A DNA stretch of 64,000 bases from Octopus vulgaris. Its lineage: Eukaryota. Of this stretch, positions 1 through 12,099 are shown one piece after another (position 1 is the first letter of the stretch; every line of letters starts with the position of its first letter). Position numbers and translations under genes: made by a program. The stretch lies in NCBI GenBank assembly GCA_951406725.2, contig OX597823.1, positions 43,152,001 to 43,216,000 on the forward strand, read 5' to 3'. A model generated the notes under the pieces. The model made no database searches. It worked only from the letters and a program-made list of their open reading frames with translations, and was not told the origin of the DNA.

Positions 1-268
1 CTAGCCTTTGTTAGGGCATCCTTCTAGGAGAAGGTAACTCAGGTAAATGGGACAACTCCGACATAAAACTTGCGGCTCAGCGGTTACCGATGATGTTGAC
101 TTGTTCTTCTTTTCGGATTATGGCTGCTGTTGCTTAGTGAATGGGATTGACTCAGTGCACAGCCTTTCCTCACTTTAAAAAAAATCTTCTTGCACAGGCA
201 TTGCACGATAACAACATTGATTAAGCTTCGTGCAATGGCCATACTCGATAACGAGGGGGCAGCTACCA
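1..268 (+). mobile_element. 3' part of a non-coding dispersed repeat, possibly RTE-related non-autonomous retroelement
   Basis: Matches 31350-31505 (gttagggcatccttctaggagaaggtaactcaggtaaa...ggccatactcgataacgagggggcagc) and ends in a (TATG)n tail. The RTE link is from resemblance to RTE 5'UTR-like motifs only. Confidence 0.55.
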
Positions 269-314
269 TATATGTATGTATGCATGTATGTATATATGTA
301 TACATGTATGCATG

Positions 315-361
<47 letters not shown>

Positions 362-654
362 CTGTTTATATATCAGTTACCCTCTTATACATATACACAT
401 ATATATGTGTGTATGTATGCATGTATGTGTGTATATGTATAAGAGGGTAACTGATATATTAACTGTAATTTTCTAATGTTTTTGTTACATACGTTTGAAA
501 GCATTTTATGTGCATGTAAGTTCCACCTCATTTCTATTTCCAGAATCACATATAAAACTGTGCGTGTACGCGTGAATAAGCATTCTTATATATGTGTGCT
601 TGTGAGTGTGTGTGAGTATGCGTGTGTGTATGCGTGTGTTAGTGTGTGTTTGTA

Positions 655-697
<43 letters not shown>

Positions 698-876
698 CTT
701 GTGTGTTTGATTTTATTTTCAGTCATCATTTCGTATATATCGTTCTATATATTTTATTTTACTATATCACTCAATTCAGTGTAATTTAATATTATATTGA
801 TTTTAGTGAACTCTGATACACCCACCGACATCTCTATGTATATCTACACACACACACACTCACGTACACATACAGA

Positions 877-919
<43 letters not shown>

Positions 920-1504
920 TTATGTACTGATATATACCCACATATGCATAATAATATTTGACAAGTATACATATATCCTTATACATACATAGAATTATGT
1001 ATATGCACGTGCACACTCACAAAATACACACATACAGACAAATAGATAGATAAATAGATAGATAGATAGATAAATTAACTTTTGTTTTTATATGTTGCCA
1101 TATATGAAAAAAATTTTCAAACAGTAATTGATGGATCATTTTAAGTAGAGTTCTATATGTTTTATATTTATAAGGACAAGGTTATACAACTTTTCTTCGT
1201 AAAAACAAGACACACACATACACATACTAGATAATGAAGAAGTCGATTTCTCATTTAAAGGATGCATATAATATTAGTTTTTGTGCATTCGTTTTCGCAT
1301 AAGTTTAATACGACATTTTCTGATTTGTTTTGAATACCTTGGGACACATGCATATGCATATAAATATCTTTGCATGCATGAGTGTGAATCGGTTTGTGTG
1401 CCTATATATGTAGAGATAGATATCTATGTTTATGTATACACATCTATATATGTGTGTATGTATATATATACTCATATATGTATATTTGTGTGTGTGTATA
1501 TATA

Positions 1505-1548
1505 TAGATAGATAGACAGATAGATAGATAGATAGATAGATAGATAGT

Positions 1549-1619
<71 letters not shown>

Positions 1620-1620
1620 G

Positions 1621-1678
<58 letters not shown>
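1505..1678. repeat. (ATAG)n microsatellite
   Basis: Direct reading; source of the YLSI-repeat ORF. Confidence 0.97.
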
Positions 1679-1679
<1 letters not shown>

Positions 1680-2078
1680 ACCGAAAATGTATATACAGGG
1701 AACGAGAGGTACTTAGGTACATATATGACAATTTAATAAAACATCTCTAATCTGGAAAACCCAATGTATCTTAATAAAAATATGTGCATAATTTTTCGAT
1801 AAGCTTTCTTATACGATTAGTTTCTGAATCTGCCTTTCAGTCTCAATGACTGTTTCGGTGCTAGATCGAAATCTTTGACATAACTGCACAAAATGAACCT
1901 TATTCATTTCGGTCATCACCAGGACAATGGCAGCGTTTGTGAAGCTATGGTATTATGAGTTATATATTCAGTTTAAAATTAGGATCAAATCTTTATATGA
2001 ATTTATCAAGTAGTTAGCGTGAACAACCTCATAAGAGAAAAATCCATCAATTTCTCTCTTAAATATATTTATTTATAA

Positions 2079-2316
2079 TATACATAAATGCCACACGTTA
2101 GGAGGGACTCTTTATGTCAAAACTACCAAAATAAATAAACACATAGTACCGAACGCGAGGGATTGCAACAACCGAACCGAGCCTTTTACTAACAGAATTC
2201 TGTTTTTAAAAGGCTCGCTTCGAGAGTTGCATTCCCTCGCATTCGGTACTATGTGTTTATTTATTTTGGTAGTTTTGACTTTAAGAGTCCCTCCTAGCGT
2301 GTGGCATTTATGTATA
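2079..2316. repeat. Spacer-less 238-bp imperfect palindrome centred on GAATTC (2195-2200)
   Basis: Arms 2079-2197 and 2198-2316 are reverse complements with no indels and about 11 mismatches in 119 bp; adjacent to (TA)n. Confidence 0.95.
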
Positions 2317-2326
2317 GTAATGCCCT

Positions 2327-2362
<36 letters not shown>

Positions 2363-2379
2363 CGTCTATTCAGGGCTAA

Positions 2380-2760
2380 CAACAGTCTGCAGTTCCTCTG
2401 CTTAGTCAGCAGTATTAATTCCAAGATCCGACAGATGTGAGGTGGCATGATATGACCTTCGTCACTCACCACACCTAAAACGGTCACAGTTACTGAAAAC
2501 ATCGTGTGTATCACTCTGAGAGCATCAGAAGGATTTGCACATTACCATTTATCATCTACCCAGCTACACTTTTGCTCTTGATCGAAGATTTTCGAATCAT
2601 AAAAATCAAAGCATATCACGTTGAAGAGAGTTTTCATTTTCGTTAAGTAAATACTTTTCCTGTCTTTGCAGACATGAATTCGTCTCTCCTCAGTACATAC
2701 GACTTGTATCCTATGGACTTATGATATTCCGCTCCGACACATGAAAGTATTCGGTGATGG
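2380..2760 (-). pseudogene. Tc1/mariner-superfamily transposase remnant
   Basis: Minus frame reads FYDSKIFDQEQK..DDKW*CANPSD..VIHTMF..TVTVLGVVSDEGHIMPPH, resembling the FSDEKxF...VMVxGxVS..G..MPP catalytic region; contains stops. Confidence 0.7.
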
Positions 2761-3017
2761 TCATTACTAATATCTTAATAATATCTTGAATCCCTTGAAT
2801 GAATTTCGTGAGTAGATGCGCGAAGCTGTGGCTGAAAGTAAACAAACTTAAGACCAGTTCCAATATGTTTGAAAGATATTTGGACCTGTAAAAGTCTTAT
2901 CCCGTTGAAGAAAAAATGATGTGAAAAACACCAGTGAGCCCAGGTTGCCCTCTGTTGACTGATGGATGTATGCAAGTCGAACTCTTAGTTCTCATCAGTA
3001 TTAGATTCCAGTATTAG

Positions 3018-3257
3018 ATGCTTTCATTATTAATGCTTAACCGATTATGAACAAAACCAATAAAATAAAATGATATAGACGTTAAATTTCTAATACACAG
3101 TACTTCATTATTCATGTTATTCAGTATACCAATCAGTTAACAGCACTCGACAGATAAATAACAACACAACAAAACCTGTAAAAATTGTCGTCTCCTACTA
3201 AATAAATCGAGTGAATAATTTTTTACATAGCTTAAATGCTATCGTGTACTCTTTCCT
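3018..3257 (+). repeat. 240-bp segment duplicated at 8947-9186
   Basis: atgctttcattattaatgc...atcgtgtactctttcct appears identical at both sites (offset 5929). Confidence 0.93.
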
Positions 3258-3947
3258 GATTGTGAAGCGAAGCTTCTTTTACCAGAAATGAGTCCCTATA
3301 ATTAAGTATAGCGGATTTTGAGACTCTAAGTTTGCTGAAACCAGGGTGAAAATATATTAGCTGCCTTAAATAGTTGACTTCAAACTACATACAAAAATCT
3401 AAATTACTTTTATTCTCTGATTCCTCTTTTAAGAATATATCTAGCGAGGTTAATGGGATGCAGTTTGGGGGTAACTGAGTGTTCAGTTTTAATCATGAAG
3501 AGAGGCTGAGAAACATATATGGTGGTATAAATGTAGATGATATCTTTAGGTTAGTGAGAGGAGAAAGGATACATGCATCTTAGAGTGCAGTAGGATGATA
3601 AGAGAAAATGAAAAGAAAAGAGAGGAGAAAATATCCGAAATTGTTAAAACAAAGACTAGGAAGGTACCCAAAACAAAACTAAATAGACTGAAGCTTCTGA
3701 ACACAAATAATAGATGGGCAATGAAAATAATACTCTCCTTTTCTTTTTTTAAAAAATTAAACAAAAGGCAGAGCTGCAGAAAATAGAAACAGTAGAAGGC
3801 TTCTGACAAGGTATAATGCGCACCATCATAAAAGTTATATGAAACAGGATGTAACTTCCAAGAAAGAGAAGAAGCAGTGGCTTGTAAAATGTAGAAGACG
3901 CTTTCAAAATCTGAGCTGTGCATAGCAAAAAATATATTAGATTATGA

Positions 3948-3970
3948 TAATAATAATAATAGTAATAGTA

Positions 3971-4047
<77 letters not shown>
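3948..4047. repeat. (TAA)n microsatellite, target site of the adjacent LINE
   Basis: Direct reading. Confidence 0.95.
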
Positions 4048-4048
<1 letters not shown>

Positions 4049-4362
4049 TCTCAAAATACAAAGACCTGGAAATAGAGGTAACTAGAATGTGGAACCTGAA
4101 AACAGAAACAATTCCTATCATAGTAGGTGCATTAGGCATGATAAAAAAAATATTCAGACAAATACATAACAAAAACACCAGGACTTACAAACACATATAA
4201 CATACAGAAAATTGCACTACTAGGCACTGCACACATCCTACGCAGAACACTTTCCATACAATAACCATCAGAGCATCACAACAAATCACAGCACATACCC
4301 AAGGCACACAGAGCTGCGCTCGGTAGTGAAGTGAAAGCACGCTATAAAAATAAAACTACTGA
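4048..4362 (+). mobile_element. 5'-truncated R4/Dong-clade (RLE) non-LTR retrotransposon 3' end
   Basis: Reads KYKDLEIEVTRMWNLKTETIPIIVGALG..NIQKIALLGTAHILRRTLSIQ* (one frameshift in an A-run), typical of the RLE C-terminus. Short 3'UTR; flanked by TAA repeats, the known Dong target. Confidence 0.82.
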
Positions 4363-4372
4363 ATAATAATAA

Positions 4373-4402
4373 TGATGATGATGATGATGATGATGATGAA
4401 TA

Positions 4403-4462
<60 letters not shown>

Positions 4463-4496
4463 GTAGTGGTGGTGGTGGTGGTGGTGGTGGTGGTAG
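4373..4496. repeat. (GAT)n(GGT)n compound microsatellite
   Basis: Direct reading. Confidence 0.95.
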
Positions 4497-5007
4497 TGTT
4501 GATTTCAATTGTTAGCCACAGAGGCATAGATGTGGGCACATCACAAGAACAGTCTACAATGTGTAGTGGAATTTACATGTAAGATGAGGTAAAAGGAAAA
4601 AGACGGTGAAAAGGGATAAAAGTATAGATGGTATACATACTATGTAAACACATGAATGGTACAGTCTTCTTTATACAGGAGGCTCGGCAAAAACAGACTA
4701 AGAGAATAAGAACCAAGTCTAATCATTCACTATTCAAACAGGCCATATCAGACCCAAATAGTACGCTTGTTTTATCTCCAAAGTGACCAGAATGGTCTCT
4801 CTCACCTACCCTGCAACGTCATTCTAATAATAAACAATCACAACATCAAAATCCCAACGCTGCAAGATAGATTCAAAACAATGAGAATAAATACTAAAGA
4901 GTTGAAGAAATGAAGATTTGCGGTGTCGAATTGTACGACTGAAATTCTACTAGGTTGTAACTTAGTATGGCCAGTCTGATGAAACAAGTAAAAGATTATA
5001 TATATAA

Positions 5008-5173
5008 AGGAGTGACTGTGTGGTAAGTAGCTTGCTAACCAACCACATGGTTCCGGGTTCAGTCCCACTGCGTGGCATCTTGGGCAAGTGTCTTCTGCTA
5101 TAGCCCCGGGCCGACCAATGCCTTGTGAGTGGACTTGGTAGACGGAAACTGAAAGAAGCCTGTCGTATATATG

Positions 5174-5206
<33 letters not shown>

Positions 5207-5421
5207 TTGTGTGTCTGTGTTTGTCCCCCTAGCATTGCTTGACAACCGATGCTGGTGTTTACGTCCCCGTCACTTAGCGGTTCGGCAAAAGAGACCGATA
5301 GAATAAGCACTGGGCTTACAAAGAATAAGTCCCGGGGTCGATTTGCTCGACTAAAGGCGGTGCTCCAGCATGGCTGCAGTCAAAATGACTGAAACAAGTA
5401 AAAGAGTAAAAGAGTAAAGGA

Positions 5422-5422
<1 letters not shown>
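5008..5422 (+). mobile_element. tRNA-derived SINE family A, near full length
   Basis: A/B-box-like head (tgtgtggtaag...ggttcagtccc), ttgggcaagtg core, internal (TA)/(TG) tract, tail gaaacaagtaaaaga; repeated several times in the window. Confidence 0.9.
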
Positions 5423-5473
<51 letters not shown>

Positions 5474-5529
5474 TGCAGATGAATAGGATATTTGGATAAT
5501 TTCAAAGTAGATATGTTAAAAGATAGAAT

Positions 5530-5946
5530 GGTACTTGTGGTTATGTGGAAAATTGGGTTCTTCTATTCTAAAGAAAGCTTTAGCAGGACCCTTAAAGTTT
5601 AAAGTGAAGTTTACTATATCATGTTTTTAACCCACATGAATATACGCAGGATTACACCTAAGGACTCATGCTCTGATATCTATAACTTCGAAAATTTGAA
5701 CTATGAACTTTTATTCTTCTTTTTCTTCTTTCTTTCCATTTCCTTATTCTTTTACTGCCTTCCTCTATGTCGTCATCTTATTAATATATACCATTCTCAT
5801 TTTCTCTATTTTTGTCTGATGACGGAATATCCCATACTCGTTGATATCCTACAAACAGCTGCAATATTTTGAATATCTTCCTATAATAATATATTATACG
5901 ACTTGAGATCTTTGCCTTGCCTTAATGTTTGACGTCCTGTTTAACT
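5530..5946 (+). mobile_element. Decayed 3' end of a Penelope-like element with a degenerate hammerhead (5812-5866)
   Basis: CTGATGA-c-ggaatatc..gatatcc-ta-cAAA-CAGCTG-ca (G12 and U16 mutated); ends in (TA)n. Confidence 0.45.
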
Positions 5947-6004
5947 ATATATATATATATATATATATATAATCAAAATAAGCAACAAGTATATCCGAGG
6001 TAAT

Positions 6005-6090
6005 GTGGTACAATTGTTTCATGCTACTTCATTTTATTAAACACTGTAAGTTTTACATTAGTTTTAAAATGTCGAGCAATCTTCAGCCAC
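6005..6090 (-). ncRNA. Type I hammerhead ribozyme, intact core
   Basis: Minus strand: GTGG-CTGAAGA-TTGCT..(long loop)..AGCAT-GAAA-CAATTG-TA-CCAC; stem I GUGG/CCAC, GUA cleavage triplet. Confidence 0.8.
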
Positions 6091-6297
6091 TTATAGAAAT
6101 TTTCCAATCAAACGGACAATGCACATTCTTATTTCTATTTCGTTTGCCAACATTATAAAGAGGGTAGATATACAGACTATCATGTTCTTAAGAATGAAAT
6201 CAACCTCTCTGTCTGTGTATCTACCCTCTTTATAATGTTGGCAAACGAAATAGAAATAAAAATGTGCATTGTCGGTTTGACTGGAAAATTTCTAAAA

Positions 6298-6383
6298 GCG
6301 GCTGAAGATTGCCCGACATTTTCAAACTGATGTAATACTTACAGTGTTCAATAAAAGGAAGTAGCATGAAACAATTGTACCAT
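6298..6383 (+). ncRNA. Type I hammerhead ribozyme, intact core, weaker stem I
   Basis: GCGG-CTGAAGA(6302-6308)-TTGC..GCAT-GAAA(6368-6371)-CAATTG-TA-CCAT. Confidence 0.72.
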
Positions 6384-6497
6384 ATTACCTCGGATATACT
6401 TGTTGCTTATTTTGATTATAATCCCCCTCCCATTGATTTATATGGATAATACCATACAAAATTCTGGTGCCTTTGTCTTAAGTACCATATTCATCTG

Positions 6498-6683
<186 letters not shown>

Positions 6684-6684
6684 A

Positions 6685-7545
6685 CGAGGTGTTATGAAAT
6701 AGTTCCGAGTGTGGTTCTTTTAACAAAAAATAACTTATTTACCTCAGTTTTAACATCGCCTCCTTCAAAGTAGTCACCTTGAGGAGCAATACGCCAGTTC
6801 CAGTCTTCTTGCCACTTTGGAATCCGGCCTGGAAGTCGTTTTTCGTAAGTGAATCGAGAGTTTTTGCGATTCGCTCTTGATCTAGACAATGGTATCAAAA
6901 AGGTGACTTTTGATGAGCATTTTCCCCTTAGGGAAGAGATTGAAGTATTCGGGGGTAAATCTGGCGAATTGGGCGGGTGCTGAAGCGATAGCATGTTGTT
7001 TATTGCGAGAAACTCGCGAGTGAGAACAACTCGATGGTAGGGCACATTGTTATCGTGAAGAATCGAAACGGTGGGATTGTTTGCACAGACTATTACGACA
7101 GACCAGCAACATCAGCAATGCCGTTCATTGTCCTCCGGCCATTCTCAAGCATAAGCTGATGGATTTTCGACATTTCCGGGGGTGACGCACGTGGAAGGTT
7201 TTCCAGATCCCTCATCATCTTACTGGAACATTATTCCGCTTTTGAAACATTTGTCTCGTCACCGTTAGCTTGCTGAAGCATACTTAATGTCTCTGTAGCA
7301 AACTTCCTAAGTTTACGCAAAATTTCGCGTTCATTCTTTGGTCCTATCCCATAACAAATTCGCAATCTACAGTATACATGTGATCACAAAAACACAAATT
7401 TCATAACTTGCGAATTAAACACAGTAATGTCTCTCGGCACACCGATTCATGAAGTTCACTGCTAGCTCTCACTTCGCAAGCAACCGACGAAGTACATTGC
7501 GGCATATATTCCAGTGTCGTACTTACTGAGGTAAAAATAAGTTGA
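6685..7545 (-). mobile_element. Decayed mariner element
   Basis: TA-CGAGG terminus; ORF 6692-7045 contains HPPNSPDLPP (YSPDLAP motif) and QGDYFEG; inverted sub-terminal match near 7522-7545. Confidence 0.82.
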
Positions 7546-7856
7546 AATCATCTTTGCCTTTAGTTCTTGTGATGTGGATATATAACGTACAATTGAAGAT
7601 GGTTCTTTAGCGGGAATACTGGAATGTCGATCAGTACAAGGTGACAGTATTTGTCCGAGCTGGATGAGTCTTGTGTTCGGAAACTTTTCTTTGAGTACAC
7701 ATTTTCACTACTCTTTCACAAAGTTGCAAGGGTGTGTATAATATCCTGGACACTAACGAACTAAGAGATAGATAGGTAAATAGATAGATACATACATACA
7801 TATATACATAGGTAGATATACAGGCACTCAAATATATAATTGTGTGTGTGTGTCTG

Positions 7857-8276
7857 TACTGTGTGATCAGAAGCTTGCTTCCCAACCACATGGATCCAGT
7901 ACGGTTTCACAGCGTTGCGTTGCACCTTGGGCAAGTGTCTTCTACTATAGCCTCGGGCCGACCAAAGCCTTGTGAGTGGATTTGATTTGCGGAAACTAAA
8001 AGAAGCCCGTCGGATATATATATATGTGTGTGTGTGCGTGTGTGTGTACGTGTGTGTGTACCTTCGTGTCTCTGCTTGTCCTCCCCCATTTCACCGATAA
8101 ACAATCGGCGTTGGTGAGTTAACATCCCCGTAACTTAGCGGTACGGCAAAAGAACCGATATAATAAGTGCTAGATTTTTTTTTTAAATAAGTTCTGGGGT
8201 CGATTTGTTTGACTAAAGCCTTACAAGGCGGTGGTGCAGCATGGCCGCAGTAAAGCGACTGAACTAAGTAAAAGAA
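7857..8276 (+). mobile_element. SINE family A copy
   Basis: Aligns with 5008-5422. Confidence 0.88.
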
Positions 8277-8401
8277 TAGGTTATGGGTAACACACAAATG
8301 AATGTGCGTGTGTGTGAGCGTGTGTGTAGGTATGTGTGTGTCTTGTTGAGTGTATGAGGATGTGTGCAATACACCTGTCTTTGTCTGTACGTATGCGTAT
8401 A

Positions 8402-8459
<58 letters not shown>

Positions 8460-8519
8460 TATACATACACATACGTATATGTGCATACATACATACATGC
8501 ATACATACATACATTATAT

Positions 8520-8568
<49 letters not shown>

Positions 8569-8622
8569 CGTATATGTGCATACATACATATATACATGCA
8601 TACATACATACATTATATATAT

Positions 8623-8741
8623 ATCACCGTGATCACCGTGACCGACCAGGCTATCAGATGATGTTACACATCGCTGGTCACAATATGCTTCGCATTGTTT
8701 TAGCCTTCAAATGACGCTACCCCGCTGGCTAAGCGAGCAGG

Positions 8742-8744
<3 letters not shown>
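8623..8744 (-). mobile_element. SINE family C, 3' fragment
   Basis: Reverse complement of 10142-10274. Confidence 0.88.
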
Positions 8745-8788
<44 letters not shown>

Positions 8789-8946
8789 ACGCTGATGTCT
8801 ATCATCGTGTAATATATATGTTTGCGTGTTTCTGTTTCTGTTCATGTGTGTATGTTTGTGTCCATATTGGCATGTGTATTCATTCATTCATTCACTTTTT
8901 TTTACTCTCCTATATATAACCTTGTACGTTGTAATCCGCTTTATAT

Positions 8947-9183
8947 ATGCTTTCATTATTAATGCTTAACCGATTATGAACAAAACCAATAAAATAAAAT
9001 GATATAGACGTTAAATTTCTAATACACAGTACTTCATTATTCATGTTATTCAGTATACCAATCAGTTAACAGCACTCGACAGATAAATAACAACACAACA
9101 AAACCTGTAAAAATTGTCGTCTCCTACTAAATAAATCGAGTGAATAATTTTTTACATAGCTTAAATGCTATCGTGTACTCTTT

Positions 9184-9186
<3 letters not shown>
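8947..9186 (+). repeat. Second copy of the 240-bp duplication
   Basis: Appears identical to 3018-3257. Confidence 0.93.
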
Positions 9187-9217
<31 letters not shown>

Positions 9218-9873
9218 CTTACTCTTTTTCCTCTCTGTAATATCGTTAACAAATTTTCTCAAGGCTGTTTCTAACATAACTGAGCTGAATGTAACGACAA
9301 CATTCTCATAAACACTTAGGTTGATCATTACGAGAGCGAAAAAAAAACTGTTACTAATATCCATCTGCCATAAAATTCTTCATAGCTTTACTTTAACTCC
9401 CAGTTAAATGATTGCAAAATGAGATGAAACTAATATGAAAGTAACATGGCCACATGTTATACACCAAAGAAAATCCCGAGCCAACTATCGAATATCTGCT
9501 TGCTTGATTTCCTAGAAACAGTGACCAATTTCTCTTTTAAATTACATCACAAAGTATAAAATTGATATTGTCATCCAAGACATCCCACGAAATAAATATA
9601 TAGACATGTGCTGGTGTTTGTTTATGTCTTCAGTTATAATAAAAACCAATTTTTCATTAATCTGATGGCTTACTCGACGATGGATTAACTGGGTGCAACT
9701 TCGAAGTCACTCTCAATAACACTATCACTTAAGAATAATATATATATATATAGAGAGAGAGAGATAAATGAAAGAATGGAGTCGAACGACGATTTAACAA
9801 AATTCCTTAAGTTTGCTACCCGGGTACCGGTTAACCGAATTATCCATACTAGGATAATTCATTCAACTACTTA

Positions 9874-9951
<78 letters not shown>

Positions 9952-9954
<3 letters not shown>

Positions 9955-10269
9955 AGGTGCAACGGCCCAGTGGTTAGCGCAGCGGACTCGCGGTCGTAGG
10001 ATCGCGGTTTCGATTCCCAGACCGGGCGTTGTGAGTGTTTATTGAGCAAAAACACCTGAAGCTCCACGAGGCCCCAGCAGGGGGTGATGGCGATCCCTGC
10101 TGTACTCTTTGGTCACAACTTTCTCTCAATCTTCCTTCTGTAGGCCTGCTCGCGTAGCCAGCGCGGTGGCGTAATTTGAAGCCTAAAAAAGAATGCGAAG
10201 AATGCGAAGCGCATTGTGACCAGCGATATGTAACAACATCTGATAGCCTGGTCGGTCACGGTGATCACG

Positions 10270-10274
<5 letters not shown>
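9952..10274 (+). mobile_element. tRNA-derived SINE family C
   Basis: Head ggcccagtggttag...gtttcgattccc (A/B boxes), tail cacggtgatcacggtgat then (AT)n; homologous to 24135-24330. Confidence 0.87.
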
Positions 10275-10354
<80 letters not shown>

Positions 10355-10394
10355 TAGATAGATAGATAGTTAGATAGATAGATAGATAGATAGG

Positions 10395-10490
<96 letters not shown>
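10275..10490. repeat. (TA)n(GA)n(GATA)n compound microsatellite
   Basis: Direct reading. Confidence 0.95.
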
Positions 10491-10491
<1 letters not shown>

Positions 10492-10791
10492 TGATATAGA
10501 CGTTGACATATGTGTTAGTGTTTGTATGAGTCTGTGTAAGTGTGTGTGTGCGCGGGTGAAGACTAATCTAGGTGAAGACTAATCAAATTTACGAGTCCGA
10601 AACTTAGTTACTAGATTATCCGATTCTGGGTTGTCCATTTATCTAATGTTCTTCCTAAAGGTAAGACAATATTTTTACGTTTGCGACTTTGCCAGTATAT
10701 ATAGAGTGAAGCTTTACTAAAGCGTCGTAAACATTTCAAGTAAACATTGGTGCCTTTGTACGACAACTCTACATTTTTATATATATATATT

Positions 10792-10826
<35 letters not shown>

Positions 10827-10845
10827 GTATATATAAACTACTGAG

Positions 10846-10998
10846 CCCCCTTTCGGTCATGATTGACAATGGGGTTGCACCTAGAAAGTTACCCGCCCAG
10901 GCACAAGTCCGGGCAAGGTTGTTCATGGAAGACCAGCAGTCGCCCATGCATACCCGCCTCCCCTCTCCCCGCCACCGATGTTATCCAAGGGAAAGGCA
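10846..10998 (-). mobile_element. Short GC-rich dispersed-repeat fragment, possibly RTE-associated SINE
   Basis: GC-rich island between AT microsatellites that resembles RTE-associated non-autonomous repeats; single copy here. Confidence 0.35.
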
Positions 10999-11499
10999 TA
11001 TAAATATACATATATATATAAATATATACATCTATATAAATATGTATATATATATATATATATATCAAATAGAGATGTGTGTGTATTCACTTTTCACGCG
11101 AAAACGGCTTGATCAATTATTTCTATACTTGTTATGCATGAATAATTCCATCTCATACAAATTATAGGCTCTTCATTTGATTTTTTTATTGCAAATAAAA
11201 ATATTGCTTCATTTTATATATTATTAGATTCACTTCTTTAAAACGTTTCCTCAATGTCAACTTCCGGTATTGACGTAAAAACGGCGAAGTCTGTTCCTGT
11301 CTGATTGTAATGTTTTCATTTCATTCGTTATTTGTAAACAACTACGATAAATTACTGAAAGAAATATTTGCTAAGTTCACAAATTTAAATATTTGGTACA
11401 AGATAGTTTTTGACGTGCTTTTATTTTTTCATTCCATATCTATTTCTCCTTCTCTCTCCCTCTATCTCCCCCTCTCTCTCTCTCTCCCTCTCTCTCCCC

Positions 11500-11536
<37 letters not shown>

Positions 11537-12099
11537 TCCTGGTTTGATTTCTTTATTTCACAAATATCACGTTAAAATTTTGCAATTCTACATGGGGCGT
11601 TAAAAAAATATGGGCATTTTGCTTGAACTCGCACACTTCGTTAATTTCCGTAACTAATTTCTTGTTAGTTTCCTTTTCACGTTGTGTTCAGCTCTATGTA
11701 TATGTAGTCAGTCACATACGCACACGTGTGTTTTTGTATGTTTGTTTCAATACATTTAGGTATGTGTGTGTGACTGAGTGAAGGATTGTGTTGTCATATA
11801 TATGTACATACATAAATACATATGTACACATCTTTTTTGCATTATGTATGTATGTACGTATGTATAAGTGTGTGTGTGAGAGAGAGAGCGGGATGTCTAA
11901 GGGGTATTCTCTCTCACACACACACGCACACATACATAGACGAAAAATGTATGCATATGTATTTATGTATGTATACGTGACAACACGCCTCTTCATTCGC
12001 ACTCTCACTCTCAGTGTCTCTCACACATACACACACACGTCCATTTCATCAGATGTTTCATCTGTATGTACATGTATCTGCGCGCGCGTGTGTATGTGC

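Noticed and set aside
5968-6420. A-to-I editing signature fixed in hairpin arm mismatches
   Set aside because: By my count 5 A.C, 3 G.U and 5 transversion mismatches; no convincing strand bias.
9952-10030. tRNA gene candidates at SINE heads
   Set aside because: A/B boxes continue into SINE bodies; no complete cloverleaf.
10555-10620. GTGAAGA...GTCCGAAAC possible hammerhead
   Set aside because: C3 is missing, stems are inconsistent, and a 16-bp tandem duplication confounds the match.
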